From positions 1-55,072 of IMG/VR virus record IMGVR_UViG_3300025410_000023: a DNA stretch of 55,072 nucleotides. One strand, written 5' to 3'. The position numbers and the translations under genes are program-made. Origin of the DNA: a virus (lineage: Duplodnaviria > Caudoviricetes). This document shows, in pieces, positions 35,476 to 47,400 of the stretch. The notes beneath the pieces were generated by a model, which ran no database searches, was not told the origin of the DNA, and saw only the letters and a program-made list of their open reading frames with translations. The first letter of the stretch is position 1. Each line of letters opens with the position of its first letter.

Positions 35476-37551
35476 GTGTTAAAAACAGAATATAGAGGCA
35501 AGGCCAAATTACCATCATCTGGGCCATATCTAGCTGAAATAACCAATCATTTAGATCCTACATATATGGGTGCCCTCGAAGTTGCGCTAACAAAAGGTAT
35601 CCCTGGATCAGTTAGTTTTCAACCAGCAACTTACACAGTACAATATCTTAGTCCATTCTATGGAGTTACATCTATAAGATTTGAAGGAAATGACAGTAGT
35701 AATTTTCAAGATGTGCAAAAATCTTATGGTATGTGGATGGTGCCACCAGATGTAGGTACACGAGTATTGGTTATTTTCTTAGACGGAGATCCTAATCAAG
35801 GATACTGGATAGGATGTGTTCCTGATGCATTTCAAAATCAAATGGTACCTGGTATTGCAGCCAGTAAGATGTCTGCAATGACACAAGAACAGTTAGACAA
35901 ATATGGAACAACCAATGTTCCTGTTGCAGAATTTTTAAAAGGTACACAAAAACTCAATAGTCCATCTATTGATAAAATTCCTAAACCTGTTCATCCTTTT
36001 GCTGATAGATTATTGGCACAGGGGTTGTTATTGGATACAGTTAGGGGTGTTACATCTAGTAGTGCTCGAAGAGAAGTACCTAGTGGTGTATTTGGTATTT
36101 CAACACCGGGTCCATTAGATCCAAACGGCAAAAAAGGAAAAATTGGCTACGAAGGTAATAGACAAGGATTAGTTTCTCGTCTAGGTGGAACTACATTTGT
36201 TATGGATGATGGAGATGTAAACGGCCAAAACGAATTGGTTAGATTAAGGACTAGAACGGGGCATCAACTATTAATGCACAATAGTCAAGATTTGATTTAT
36301 ATTGCAAATGCCGCAGGAACTGCTTGGATTGAACTAACAAGCCAAGGTAAAATAGATATCTATTCCGCTGATGCAATTTCTATTCATAGCGAAAGTGATA
36401 TCAATATGAGAGCTGATCGAGATTTTAATATCGAAGCAGGACGTAATCTTAATATGGTAGCACGTCAAGGAGTGCAATTGGAAAGTGCTTCCGAGCTACA
36501 CATAATTTCTGACGATGATGCATATATACAATCTAGTGGACAAATAAATGTATACGCAAACAATGATGTTGATATTGGATCAGAAAGTGATATTAATATT
36601 AATGGATCTACGTCTGTAAAAATTGGAAGTGCAAATGAAGTACATTTAATTTCAGATGGTATAATGTATCAACAATCTCTAGGAAACTTTAATGTCAATG
36701 CCGGGGGTAGTTATTTTGAAACAGCCGCAGAAATACATATGAATGGACCAACTGCGGCAACTGCTACGACACCTTCAGCACCTGATCAAACATCTGTGTT
36801 AGCAAGGCATACACTACCTAATAGACAATTTGGTACCTGGGGAAATGGTACAAAATTTAAAGCCACAGATCTTGTTACTATACTTCCAAGGGTACCTACA
36901 CACGAACCATACGATCAACACGAAAACATTAATCCAACTCAGTATAGTTCCAGTAATTTAGATTTACAATTATCTGGTGGTCCGTTGTCTCAAATTTCAG
37001 GAGGACTAAAGGCTAGTATATCAGGAGTATATAATAGAAATCCAGCAGTAACAGGTACTCCTCCAACACCTACTGGTAACACGGAACAAGATAACATTGC
37101 GGCATTCCTATGGATGATTAGGGCCTGTGAAGGAACCGCAGAACCTTTAGGATATCAGGCACAATTTCCAAGCACACATTTTGCTATTGATAACCCTGAT
37201 CTTCCTTGCTATCAGTTTAATGATCATCCTGGAACTGTACAAGTTGCTAATGGTCTAAGATCAAGTGCGGCAGGAGCATATCAATTCTTAATATCAACTT
37301 GGAAATCTTGTAAGAAAATTCTTGGATTATCTAATTTTAATCCTGCCAATCAAGATTCTGCTTGCATCTTATTGTTGGCTCAGAATAATTCATTAGACGA
37401 TATCAAAGCAGGTAGATTTACAATTGCTGTTGAGAAAAATAAACGAACCTGGGCAAGTTTACCTGGAGCAAATTATCCAGGGCAAGGCACTAGGAGTGTT
37501 GCATTTACTCAACAAGTTTATAAACAAGCAGGAGGAACACTCGTAGCTTGA
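35476..37551 (+). CDS. gp5: Baseplate central spike gp5/VgrG-like with C-terminal lambda-R-type muramidase
   Basis: OB-fold (DP..MG.L.V; PPDVGT.V.V.F..GD...GYWIG), RTRTGHQ, beta-helix ending IHMNG, then AFL.MI...EGT / SAAGAYQFL..TW / WASLPGA.Y.GQ. GTG start after GAGG. Confidence 0.85.
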   Translation: MLKTEYRGKAKLPSSGPYLAEITNHLDPTYMGALEVALTKGIPGSVSFQPATYTVQYLSPFYGVTSIRFEGNDSSNFQDVQKSYGMWMVPPDVGTRVLVIFLDGDPNQGYWIGCVPDAFQNQMVPGIAASKMSAMTQEQLDKYGTTNVPVAEFLKGTQKLNSPSIDKIPKPVHPFADRLLAQGLLLDTVRGVTSSSARREVPSGVFGISTPGPLDPNGKKGKIGYEGNRQGLVSRLGGTTFVMDDGDVNGQNELVRLRTRTGHQLLMHNSQDLIYIANAAGTAWIELTSQGKIDIYSADAISIHSESDINMRADRDFNIEAGRNLNMVARQGVQLESASELHIISDDDAYIQSSGQINVYANNDVDIGSESDININGSTSVKIGSANEVHLISDGIMYQQSLGNFNVNAGGSYFETAAEIHMNGPTAATATTPSAPDQTSVLARHTLPNRQFGTWGNGTKFKATDLVTILPRVPTHEPYDQHENINPTQYSSSNLDLQLSGGPLSQISGGLKASISGVYNRNPAVTGTPPTPTGNTEQDNIAAFLWMIRACEGTAEPLGYQAQFPSTHFAIDNPDLPCYQFNDHPGTVQVANGLRSSAAGAYQFLISTWKSCKKILGLSNFNPANQDSACILLLAQNNSLDDIKAGRFTIAVEKNKRTWASLPGANYPGQGTRSVAFTQQVYKQAGGTLVA

Positions 37552-37570
37552 TGCTCCGATAAATATCACT

Positions 37571-38008
37571 ATGCCTTATAAAAATTTAGAAATTACAAAT
37601 GCCGCAGTGGTATATCAGCAACCTACTCAACAAACTCATTTTTACAAAGGGTTTAGTTCAGTAGACGATACTAATACCGGATCTAGATTATACGATTTAG
37701 ATCTAATCAAACAAGATATTATAAATCAATTTAATACAAAAAAAGGTAGTAGGGTTATGAATCCTACTTTTGGAAGCAGTGTGTGGGATTTGTTAATGGA
37801 ACCGTTAACTGATCAAACACAAGATGCGTTAAGAGCTGATATTACAAAAATTTGTACCAGCGATCCTAGAGTAACTCCTATACAAATGGACCTAACAGAA
37901 TATCCAAACGGATATGTACTTGAATTGACTTTATTGCTTAATGCTACTAATCAATCAACAAGTATGAAACTAACATTTGATCAGAGTATAGGACTAATTA
38001 CACAATAA
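37571..38008 (+). CDS. gp25: Baseplate wedge protein gp25-like
   Basis: IKQDI.N.F.TKKG.R.MNPTFGS...DLL.EP; DPRV. TAAATA at 37560-37565. Confidence 0.9.
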   Translation: MPYKNLEITNAAVVYQQPTQQTHFYKGFSSVDDTNTGSRLYDLDLIKQDIINQFNTKKGSRVMNPTFGSSVWDLLMEPLTDQTQDALRADITKICTSDPRVTPIQMDLTEYPNGYVLELTLLLNATNQSTSMKLTFDQSIGLITQ

Positions 38009-38057
38009 AGTACCTGGTTTATTTTAACAATAAATATGGTATAAACTAATAAAATAT

Positions 38058-41000
38058 ATGACTATTCCAGCAACCAATTCACAACTACTTGTCGCAGAAG
38101 ATTGGCAAAAAATATACCAATCTTTTCCTAACGCCGAGTTTCAAAGTTATGATTTTGAAACATTAAGAAGAATAATGATTCAATATCTTCAAGAAAATTT
38201 TCCTGAAGATTTTAATGATTACATTGATAGTAGCGAATATATTGCATTAGTTGATCTTATTGCATTTCTTGGACAAAATTTAAGTTTTCGTGTAGATTTA
38301 AATGCACGTGAGAATTTCTTAGAAACAGCGCAACGTCGTGATAGTATTTTAAGATTAGCACAGTTGATTAGTTATATTCCTACACGTAATGTACCTGCTC
38401 AAGGTTTGCTAAAATTAACAGCAGTTTCAACAACTGATAATGTCTATGATTCTACAGGTGTTAATTTAGCTAATACAACAGTATCGTGGGATGATCCTAC
38501 TAATGCAAATTGGTATGAACAAATAGTTAGTGTATTAAATTCATCTATGGAAGGTGGATTTAGTTTTGGAAAGCCGTATAATCGTCAAACAATAAATGGA
38601 ATATTAACCGAGCAATATCGTATTAATAGTAGTAACACAGATATTCCTACATTTGGATTTCAAAAAAATATTAATGGCACATCGATGAATTTTGAAATAA
38701 TTCCATCATCGATGTCTGGTGAAACTTCTATATATGAAGAACCACCTAAGCCTAAAAATACTTTTAGTTTCATTTATCAAAACGATAATCAAGGATCTAG
38801 TAGTGTTAACACTGGATTTTTTGTACAGTTTAAACAAGGACAAACTGGAGTATCTAATTTTTCTATTACAAATCCTGTTGCCAATGAGATTGTTGGTGTT
38901 AATGTTACAAATATAAATGACAACGATGTTTGGCTTTGGCAACTAGACCCTAGCGGTAACTACTCAACCTTGTGGACAAAAGTTCCTGCTGTAACTGGAA
39001 ACAATATTATCTATAATAGTTTGAATGTTTCTGAACGAAACATTTATAGTGTGACTTCTAGAGATCAAGATCAAATTGATTTAAATTTTGCAGATGGTAG
39101 TTTTGGTAATTTGCCACAAGGACAATTTGTTTTATTTTATAGACAAAGTAATGGATTAACCTATACTGTTAAGCCTGAGCAAATGTCGGGGATTGTGATT
39201 ACAGTTCCTTATGTTAATAAATCAGGACAAGCTCATTCGTTGACAATGACATTTGGTTTACAATATACAGTAAGCAATAGTGCTGGAACAGAATCAAATG
39301 CTAGTATACAAAGTAAAGCTCCTCAGGCGTATTATACACAAAACCGTATGGTAACTGCTGAAGATTACAATATTGCTCCGTTGACTTTAGGAAGTAACAT
39401 TCTTAAAGTTAAAAGCATTGCTAGATCCAATAGCGGATTGAGTAGATATTTTGAATTAAGTGATGTGACAGGCAAATATAGTAGCACAAATATTTTTGCA
39501 ACAGATGGTATACTTTATAAAAATACCAACGAACAAAATTTTGAATTTACATTTACAAATAAAAACGAAATATTTTCAGCAATTAAAACATATTTAGAAC
39601 CAGTAGTTGCATCTCCAGCACTTCGTTCTTTTTATCTTGATGAATATATAAGACCGTCTTTGGAGAACTTAAATTTAACCTGGGTACAAGACAATAAAAA
39701 TTCTAATCAAAGTAGCGGACATTTTACAGATTCTATTAGCCCAGTGAGCGTAGGTACATATACTTCTAGTAATTTAAAATATATTAGTGCTGGTGCGCTG
39801 GTTAAGTTTGTATCGCCCGCCGGAAAATACTTTAAACCAAACGGTACAATAGTTAATAATCCAGGTAGCAATACAATAGATTATATTTGGACCAAAGTTT
39901 ATCAGGTAGTCGGTGATGGTTCTAATTCAGGCAGTGGTGCACTTGCTACAGGGGCAGGACCTATTGTTTTAACAGATGTAATTGCGTCCGGTGCAATTCC
40001 TAGTGAAGTTATTCCTACTTTTATTAATTCTTTTACATATACATTTGAAAATGAATTAGTAAGTCTTTGTCTAACACAAAGAAATTTTGGTCTTGCATTT
40101 GATCAAAATACTAGAACTTGGACCATTATTCAAGATACAAATATTGATTTGATAAATCCTTTTAGTCTTGCATTACAAGGTAACAACGATAATTCAAACA
40201 AAGATTCTAGTTGGTTAATTGCTTTTACCTGGACAGGAAATAGTTACAAAGTAAGATATAGACTTACAAATTATATTTTTGAAAGTGAACAACAAACATC
40301 ATTCTTTATTGATCCTAACTCTGTCAATTATGATTATGTCAATAACACAGTAATTAAAGATAAAATCAATGTTCTATCTATTAATTCTTTAAACACCTCT
40401 ACTAGTATAGGATTAGGAAAAGACTACCAATGGCAAATTGATAGTTCTATTGTAGAACCTGATGGATATGTTGAGCCTAAAAAAGTCCAAACAAGTTTTT
40501 ACGATTATAATAGTTCAGGACAAATTCTTGATCCAGATTCATTTAATGTTATTGTTCAACCGCTGACTACGAGCACACAAACTTCATACAGAGATAAATT
40601 TGTTTATTTTCAAACATCGAGTAGTGGAGAAAGATATTCATTGGTTGATAGCGGAGAATTTTTAGCATATCCAACTGAAACAGAAGCTCAGGCAGATGCG
40701 CAAAACTATCCTCCTGCTGACGGGCAGTTATATTATTTTTATGATCCATCAATTAATGTTGTAAAAAGTTATTCAGCATCCGGAGCACTAACTGGAACAC
40801 CTTGGACTTATCGATCTGAATATTTTGCATATCCAGGAAGAAGCGAATTAAAATTCCAATATGTTCATAATAGCGGGGAAGATCGTAGAATTGATCCAAG
40901 CAAGAGCAATATTATTGATGTTTATATGTTAACTGCGGATTATGATACTGCATTTAGAAACTGGTTAATCAATGGCGGAACACAACCACTAGCACCTACA

Positions 41001-41477
41001 AGTGCAACACTTGAACAAAATTATTCTTCTGCTCTTGAGCCAATAAAAACTATCAGCGATGAAATTGTTTTTCAACCTGTTCAATATAAAGTATTATTTG
41101 GCAGTTATGCAGATATAAATTTACAGGCAACTTTTAAAGCGGTTAGAAATTCTTCAAGAACAACTAGTGACAATGATCTTAAGAGCCGAATATTGATAGC
41201 CATTGAAGATTTCTTTGGGCTTCAAAATTGGGAGTTTGGTCAATCATTTTATTTTAGTGAACTAGCAACTTATGTTATGAATGTTATGACCCCTGATATA
41301 ACAAATTTTGTTATAGTTCCTAATTCATCAAATAATTTTGGTAGTTTATACGAGGTTGCTTGTCAAAGCAACGAACTGTTTATCAACGGAGCAACCGTTA
41401 ATGATATAACAATTATTGATGCTATTACAGCATCACAATTAAAAACAACAGCCATAGTTACAACTAGTGGAAGTTAA
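38058..41477 (+). CDS. gp6: Baseplate wedge protein gp6-like (1139 aa)
   Basis: DFE.L...YL...F.DY..SS, ENFLETA..RDS..RLA..ISY.P, LNFADG.FG..P, QNRMVTAEDY. TAAATA at 38031-38036. Confidence 0.85.
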   Translation: MTIPATNSQLLVAEDWQKIYQSFPNAEFQSYDFETLRRIMIQYLQENFPEDFNDYIDSSEYIALVDLIAFLGQNLSFRVDLNARENFLETAQRRDSILRLAQLISYIPTRNVPAQGLLKLTAVSTTDNVYDSTGVNLANTTVSWDDPTNANWYEQIVSVLNSSMEGGFSFGKPYNRQTINGILTEQYRINSSNTDIPTFGFQKNINGTSMNFEIIPSSMSGETSIYEEPPKPKNTFSFIYQNDNQGSSSVNTGFFVQFKQGQTGVSNFSITNPVANEIVGVNVTNINDNDVWLWQLDPSGNYSTLWTKVPAVTGNNIIYNSLNVSERNIYSVTSRDQDQIDLNFADGSFGNLPQGQFVLFYRQSNGLTYTVKPEQMSGIVITVPYVNKSGQAHSLTMTFGLQYTVSNSAGTESNASIQSKAPQAYYTQNRMVTAEDYNIAPLTLGSNILKVKSIARSNSGLSRYFELSDVTGKYSSTNIFATDGILYKNTNEQNFEFTFTNKNEIFSAIKTYLEPVVASPALRSFYLDEYIRPSLENLNLTWVQDNKNSNQSSGHFTDSISPVSVGTYTSSNLKYISAGALVKFVSPAGKYFKPNGTIVNNPGSNTIDYIWTKVYQVVGDGSNSGSGALATGAGPIVLTDVIASGAIPSEVIPTFINSFTYTFENELVSLCLTQRNFGLAFDQNTRTWTIIQDTNIDLINPFSLALQGNNDNSNKDSSWLIAFTWTGNSYKVRYRLTNYIFESEQQTSFFIDPNSVNYDYVNNTVIKDKINVLSINSLNTSTSIGLGKDYQWQIDSSIVEPDGYVEPKKVQTSFYDYNSSGQILDPDSFNVIVQPLTTSTQTSYRDKFVYFQTSSSGERYSLVDSGEFLAYPTETEAQADAQNYPPADGQLYYFYDPSINVVKSYSASGALTGTPWTYRSEYFAYPGRSELKFQYVHNSGEDRRIDPSKSNIIDVYMLTADYDTAFRNWLINGGTQPLAPTSATLEQNYSSALEPIKTISDEIVFQPVQYKVLFGSYADINLQATFKAVRNSSRTTSDNDLKSRILIAIEDFFGLQNWEFGQSFYFSELATYVMNVMTPDITNFVIVPNSSNNFGSLYEVACQSNELFINGATVNDITIIDAITASQLKTTAIVTTSGS

Positions 41478-41479
41478 AA

Positions 41480-44400
41480 ATGGCAGAAAAAATAATTAAA
41501 TCAGTTGAATTACTTCCAGAATTTTTACAAACAACTAAAAATTCTAAATTCTTAGCTAGTACTATTGACCAGCTTATTCAAAAACCTCAGTTAGAGCGCA
41601 TTGAAGGTTATATAGGATCTACAAATACTCCTACTTATACAGCAACAGATGTTTATATAACCGAAACGTTGCCATTACGTAGAGATTATCAATTAAATCC
41701 AGCATTAGTAGTTAAAGATATTAATGGAAATGTCAATGATGTTGTTGCATTAGATGACTTAATAAATGAAATTAATTTGAATGGTGGATCTGCAGAAAAT
41801 TTTGATAGAATATTTAGATCAGAATTTTATTCTTATGATCCTAGAATTGATTGGGATAAGTTTGTAAATTATCAAGAATATTATTGGCTAGTCAACGGAC
41901 CAGATACAATTACAATTGAAACTACTGATTCGTCAACATTATACATTGATGTTGACCTTATTGGAAAAGCAACATACACATCTCCAAATGGTGTAACATT
42001 ATCAAATGGAATGAAAATTCAGTTCGGTACAAATGTATCGCCGGAGTCATACCAAGGTCAAGAATATTTTGTTGAAGGTGTCGGAACATCTATAGTTTTA
42101 GTAGATTCTAGAAATTTAACCAGCAATGAAACATTTTCAACTGTGTTTAGTGAAACATTTGATTCAGTTCCATTCGATGAGTATCCATTTGATGGGTATA
42201 AACAATTACCTATAAATCCTGAATATATTACAATTAATAGAGCAAGTCCAGATTTAAATCCTTGGTCTAGATATAATCGTTGGGTACACAAAGACATTAT
42301 TACCACAAGTGCATTGTTAACAGGACAGCAACCAGTCTACCCTACTAATATGCGAGCCAAACGACCAATCATAGAGTTTGCGGCAGGGATGCAACTTTAT
42401 AATTTTGGATCAAAAGGAATTGGTAATGTTGATCTTATTGACAGCAAAACTACCAATGCATTTAATACTGTAGAAGGTTCTGCAGGATATTATATAGATG
42501 GTGTATTACTAGAACAAGGTCATAAAGTAATTTTTACTGCTGACACAGATAGTCTAATAAGAAACAATATATATGAAGTTGTATTTGTTGATATTGCTGG
42601 ACAACTAAGATTAACTTTACAAAAAGTTGAAACTCCTTCTGCTGGATCAGTAATTGGAGTTAATCTTGGAACAAAATATGCTGGTACAAGTTGGTGGTAT
42701 GATGGAACCAACTGGAATTATTCTCAGCAACATACTTCATTAAATCAAGCACCATTGTTTGATTTATTTGATGACTTAGGAAATAGTTATAGTGATACTA
42801 GGTATTACTCTAGTAACTTTAAAGGAAGTCAAATATTTGGATATAGTATTGGCTCTGGTACTGCTGATTTAGTGTTAGGCTTTCCTTTACAATATAGAAA
42901 TAGTGTAGGAGTTGGAACATATCTGTTTAATAATTATTTTATGACAGACACTATCACTATTTCTACTACAAATCAAACTGTAGAAACTATATCAACTGGT
43001 ATTACATATTTTAAAATAAATGATCAATATTTCAATGTATGGAAAGAAGCCGTTGAATATCCTATACCTGTATTAACTAGTTTATTAACAACTGCAACCT
43101 CTGAACAATCGTATTATGAAACACCATTGGGCCTTACAAACAATCCGTTAAATGGTCCCATACCTGCATTTACGCTCAGCGAAATTACAGATCACGTTAG
43201 CACTATGGCTAATCGAGATCCTGATTTTATTGGAGTAGTTCCTGGGGATAATAATTTAAGAGATTTGGCTGATCCTTCTAGTTACGGTACTCGATTCATA
43301 TCTAATATAAATCCAATTGCATTTGCTCATCTTTTCATAGGAAAAAAAGAGCATAGTGTCGTGGATGCTGTGACCAAAGTTGCTGACCAATATAATCAAT
43401 ACAAATTATCATTCCTAAGAAAAATTTCTAATCTTGATATTCAAACAGACCCGATAACAGCAGTTGATACAGCATTAACTGAAATTAATTTTGAAAAAGA
43501 TTTATTGTCTCCTTACTATCTATCAGATATGATAGCATATGGTACTGACAAAATTACTAAAACCTGGACTGTTACTAACACCAATAGTAAAATATTTCCT
43601 ATAACATCAGATTATGATCCTAATGCGTTAACATTAAGATCAGTATTGGTATATCTAAATGGAATTCAATTAATAAGAAACAGAGATTATCAATTTATTG
43701 TTGCAGATGCATCAGTTGAAATTCTTGTAGATATTGCAATTGGTGATACAATTGTAATAAATGATTATACAGATACAAAAGGATCTTTTGTTCCTCCTAC
43801 TCCTTCAAAACTAGGATTGTATCCAAAATTTACTCCTAGCATTTATGTTGACAATACTTATGTAACACCTACCACTGTGATACAAGGTCACGATGGTAGT
43901 ATTATGGTTGCATATAATGATTATAGAGATCTCATTATATTAGAGTTTGAAACTAGAATCTACAATAACATAAAAGCAGAATATAGATCAGAATTATTAG
44001 ATATTAATTCAGTTCTTCCTGGTGCATTTAGGAATAACGATTACACTCAAGATGAAATCAAACAAATTTTAGTAAAAGAATTTATTAAATGGACAGGTCT
44101 TTATAATGTTGATTATGTAACCAACACAGCATTTAATGAGACAAATCCTTTTACCTGGAACTACACTGAGAGTTATAACAACACGTTAAGTATTCCATTA
44201 GCAGGTAGTTGGAGAGCAATATACAAACATTTTTATGATACTGACAGACCAGATACTTGTCCTTGGGAAATGTTAGGATTTTCTGAAGAGCCAGAGTGGT
44301 GGACCAATGAATACGGTCCTGCTCCTTATACATCAGGAAATGATATCCTATGGGGCGATCTTGAACAAGGTATTATTAAACAAGGATCCAGAGCAGGAGT

Positions 44401-47400
44401 AAATTCAATCTATGCTCGTCCACAACTAAGTCAGTTATTGCCAGTTGATGATAGCGGAAAGTTAGTTGATCCTACAGTATTGTTGGCATCAGACATTACT
44501 CCTTATAGCAGAAGACAGCCTTGGGTATTTGGTGATCAGGGCGCGGCAGAAACTGCGTGGAGACGCAGTAGTTATTGGCCATTTGTTGTACAAAAATTAA
44601 TAGCATTAACTAAATCTGCTACATATGCATCATTGATGTATGATCCGATTAGAATCAATAAAAATATTGCAGGTCAATGGACATATGGCTCTAATTATGA
44701 ATTTTTAAATTTACAAAATGTTTATATTCAAGGACCAAATAATACATTAACCAGTGGTTATAGCGTTTTTGTTAGTGAAGTGGGTCGCCAGCGTACAGGA
44801 AATTATGATACAGAATTACAAAGTGATTTAAGTAACCTAACATTTAATTTATTTTATAAAGTAGGTGGATTTGTTAACAAATCTAAAATACAAATTATTA
44901 TAGATGCTATTGATCCTACAAGCACAAGTCCTGGAGCATTGTTAAATGCTGAAGATTATAATTTAATTCTTAATGTAAGCAATCCTATTAAATCATCAGC
45001 AATATCAGGAGTCATTGTACAAAAGAACAATGGAAAATTACTTGTTAGAGGTTTTGATACATCGTCTCCTTACTTTACAGTATACGGAGTAATTCGAAAT
45101 TCTAATGCCTCATCTATCACAGTTGGCGGTATATCATCATCCTATGTAAATTGGGCAGAAAGTTCAACTACAGGTCAAACAGGTTTATCAGCAGTTGATA
45201 CAACCACTGCAAATGCGGCAATAGCAGGAACATTTTATCAACAAGGACAAATTGTTAAGTATAAAAATTCTTTTTATCGTGTAACAACTAGTCACAGGAG
45301 TACTGAAAGTTTTAATCCTGCATACTTCCAAATATTGCCAGGATTACCAACAACAGGTGGAGCAACTGTAAAAACAGCAACAAAATTTGATGGAGTAGCA
45401 GTTAATATTCCATACGGGACAGAGTTTAATACGATTCAAGAAGTCTATGATGTGATACTTGGATACGGTGCTTGGTTAGAAGATCAAGGATTTATTTTTG
45501 ATGAGTATAACACCGATTTACAAACAGTATTAAATTGGGATTTTACTGGCAAAGAATTTTTGTACTGGACTACCCAAAATTGGGCAAATGGAAGTATTGT
45601 AGCATTAAGTCCATTTGCTGATCAAATTAAATTTCAATTGGCAAATTCTGTAGTTGATAATATTTTTAATAGTTTTTATGATTACAGTATATTAAAAGCC
45701 AATGCCGTTGCGTTCCCTCAAAAGGCATTGTCTGTTTCTAGAGATAATGGAATTTGTACAATTAAAACACTCAATTCAACTGACGGAATTTTCTTTGCCA
45801 AGTTGAATAGTGTACAAAAAGAACACGCTATCATATTCAATAATGCAACATTGTTTAATGATACTATATATGATATTCAATCTGGATACCACCAGCATAG
45901 AATGAAATTGGTTGGATTTAGAACAGCAAACTGGAATGGAGATTACTTCAGTCCAGGGTTTGTCTATGATTCTGCTATTATTTCTGATTGGAAAACTTAT
46001 ACAGATTACAACGCAGGTGATGTTGTTAGATTTAATGGTAATTATTACTCAGCAAATACTAATTTAGTTGGTACAACTTCTTTTGAATTCTCAAGTTGGA
46101 CAGTGTTGGGATCAAAACCAGTTGCCGCATTATTACCAAACTTTGATTATAAAATTAATCAGATTGAAGATTTTTATAGTTTAGATATTGATAACTTTGA
46201 TGCCGGTCAACAACAAATGGCACAGCATCTAACAGGATATACTCCTCGTACATACCTAAACAATATTTTTACAGATCCTATTGCACAATATAAATTCTAT
46301 CAAGGGTTTATTAGAGAAAAAGGAACTAAAAACGCAATTAGTAAATTAGCCAAAGCTACAATACATAATCTACAAGGACAAATAGATTATAGAGAAGAAT
46401 GGGCATTCCGTGTTGGATATTACGGATCATTTGAAACATTTAAAGAATTAGAAGTACCATTAGTAGAAGGAACTTTTGCAGACAATCCGCAAACAATTAA
46501 TTTTGTTGATTCTGTGCCTGTACCTCCTGCAGAGTTGATTAATTATAGTTTACCTAGTGATTTAGTTATAACTCCTTCAAATTATCAATCATCTGATACG
46601 TTTGTAACAACATCAGATATAGATGTAATGCAATTAAACACAGCAGGATATGCCAGATTTGATGATGTTAATTTAACTTCGTTTACTGAAGATGGACTGT
46701 TAACTTTTACAACCACTAATTCTATCAGCGAAGGTAGTATTATTTGGGTTGCAAATAAAAATAATAACGATTGGGATGTTTTAAGATATACTTTATCTCC
46801 CTCAAGAATTATAAGTATGACTCCTGATCCAATAGTAAATGATCAACTTAATTTTGTCACAGATGGTATTCACGGTTTATCAGCAGGTGATATTATTTCT
46901 GTCAGCGAATTTGACAGTACAATGGACGGAATATATAAAATATCTTCGATCCCGTCATTGAGTGAATTTAGTATTACTAGTACATCTACCGTTGCCATCT
47001 CTCAATTAATACCATCTAATCCTGGATTGTTGTTTACATTTCCTAGCGTTAGATACGATGGGTTTGATTTGTTGCCCGACGATAAAAACTTATTATCTTT
47101 AGAAGAAAATTCTAAAGTATGGGTTGACAATAATGGCACCGGACACTGGGCAGTGTATGAAAAAATTAAAAATTATAACGATTATGCTGTAACAGGATCT
47201 ACGTCCCCAGTTGACCAACGACTAGGTTGGAGTATTAGTAATAGAAAAAATTCTGATATTTTCTTAGTTGGTAGTCCTGGATTTGTAAGTTCTAATAATA
47301 CTGGAAGTGTATTTGTATACGGCGAAGTTCCGTACTCTGTTAACGAAAAATTTAGATACGGTATTAATTCTAATAAAACATATCATCACGGTTCGGATAC

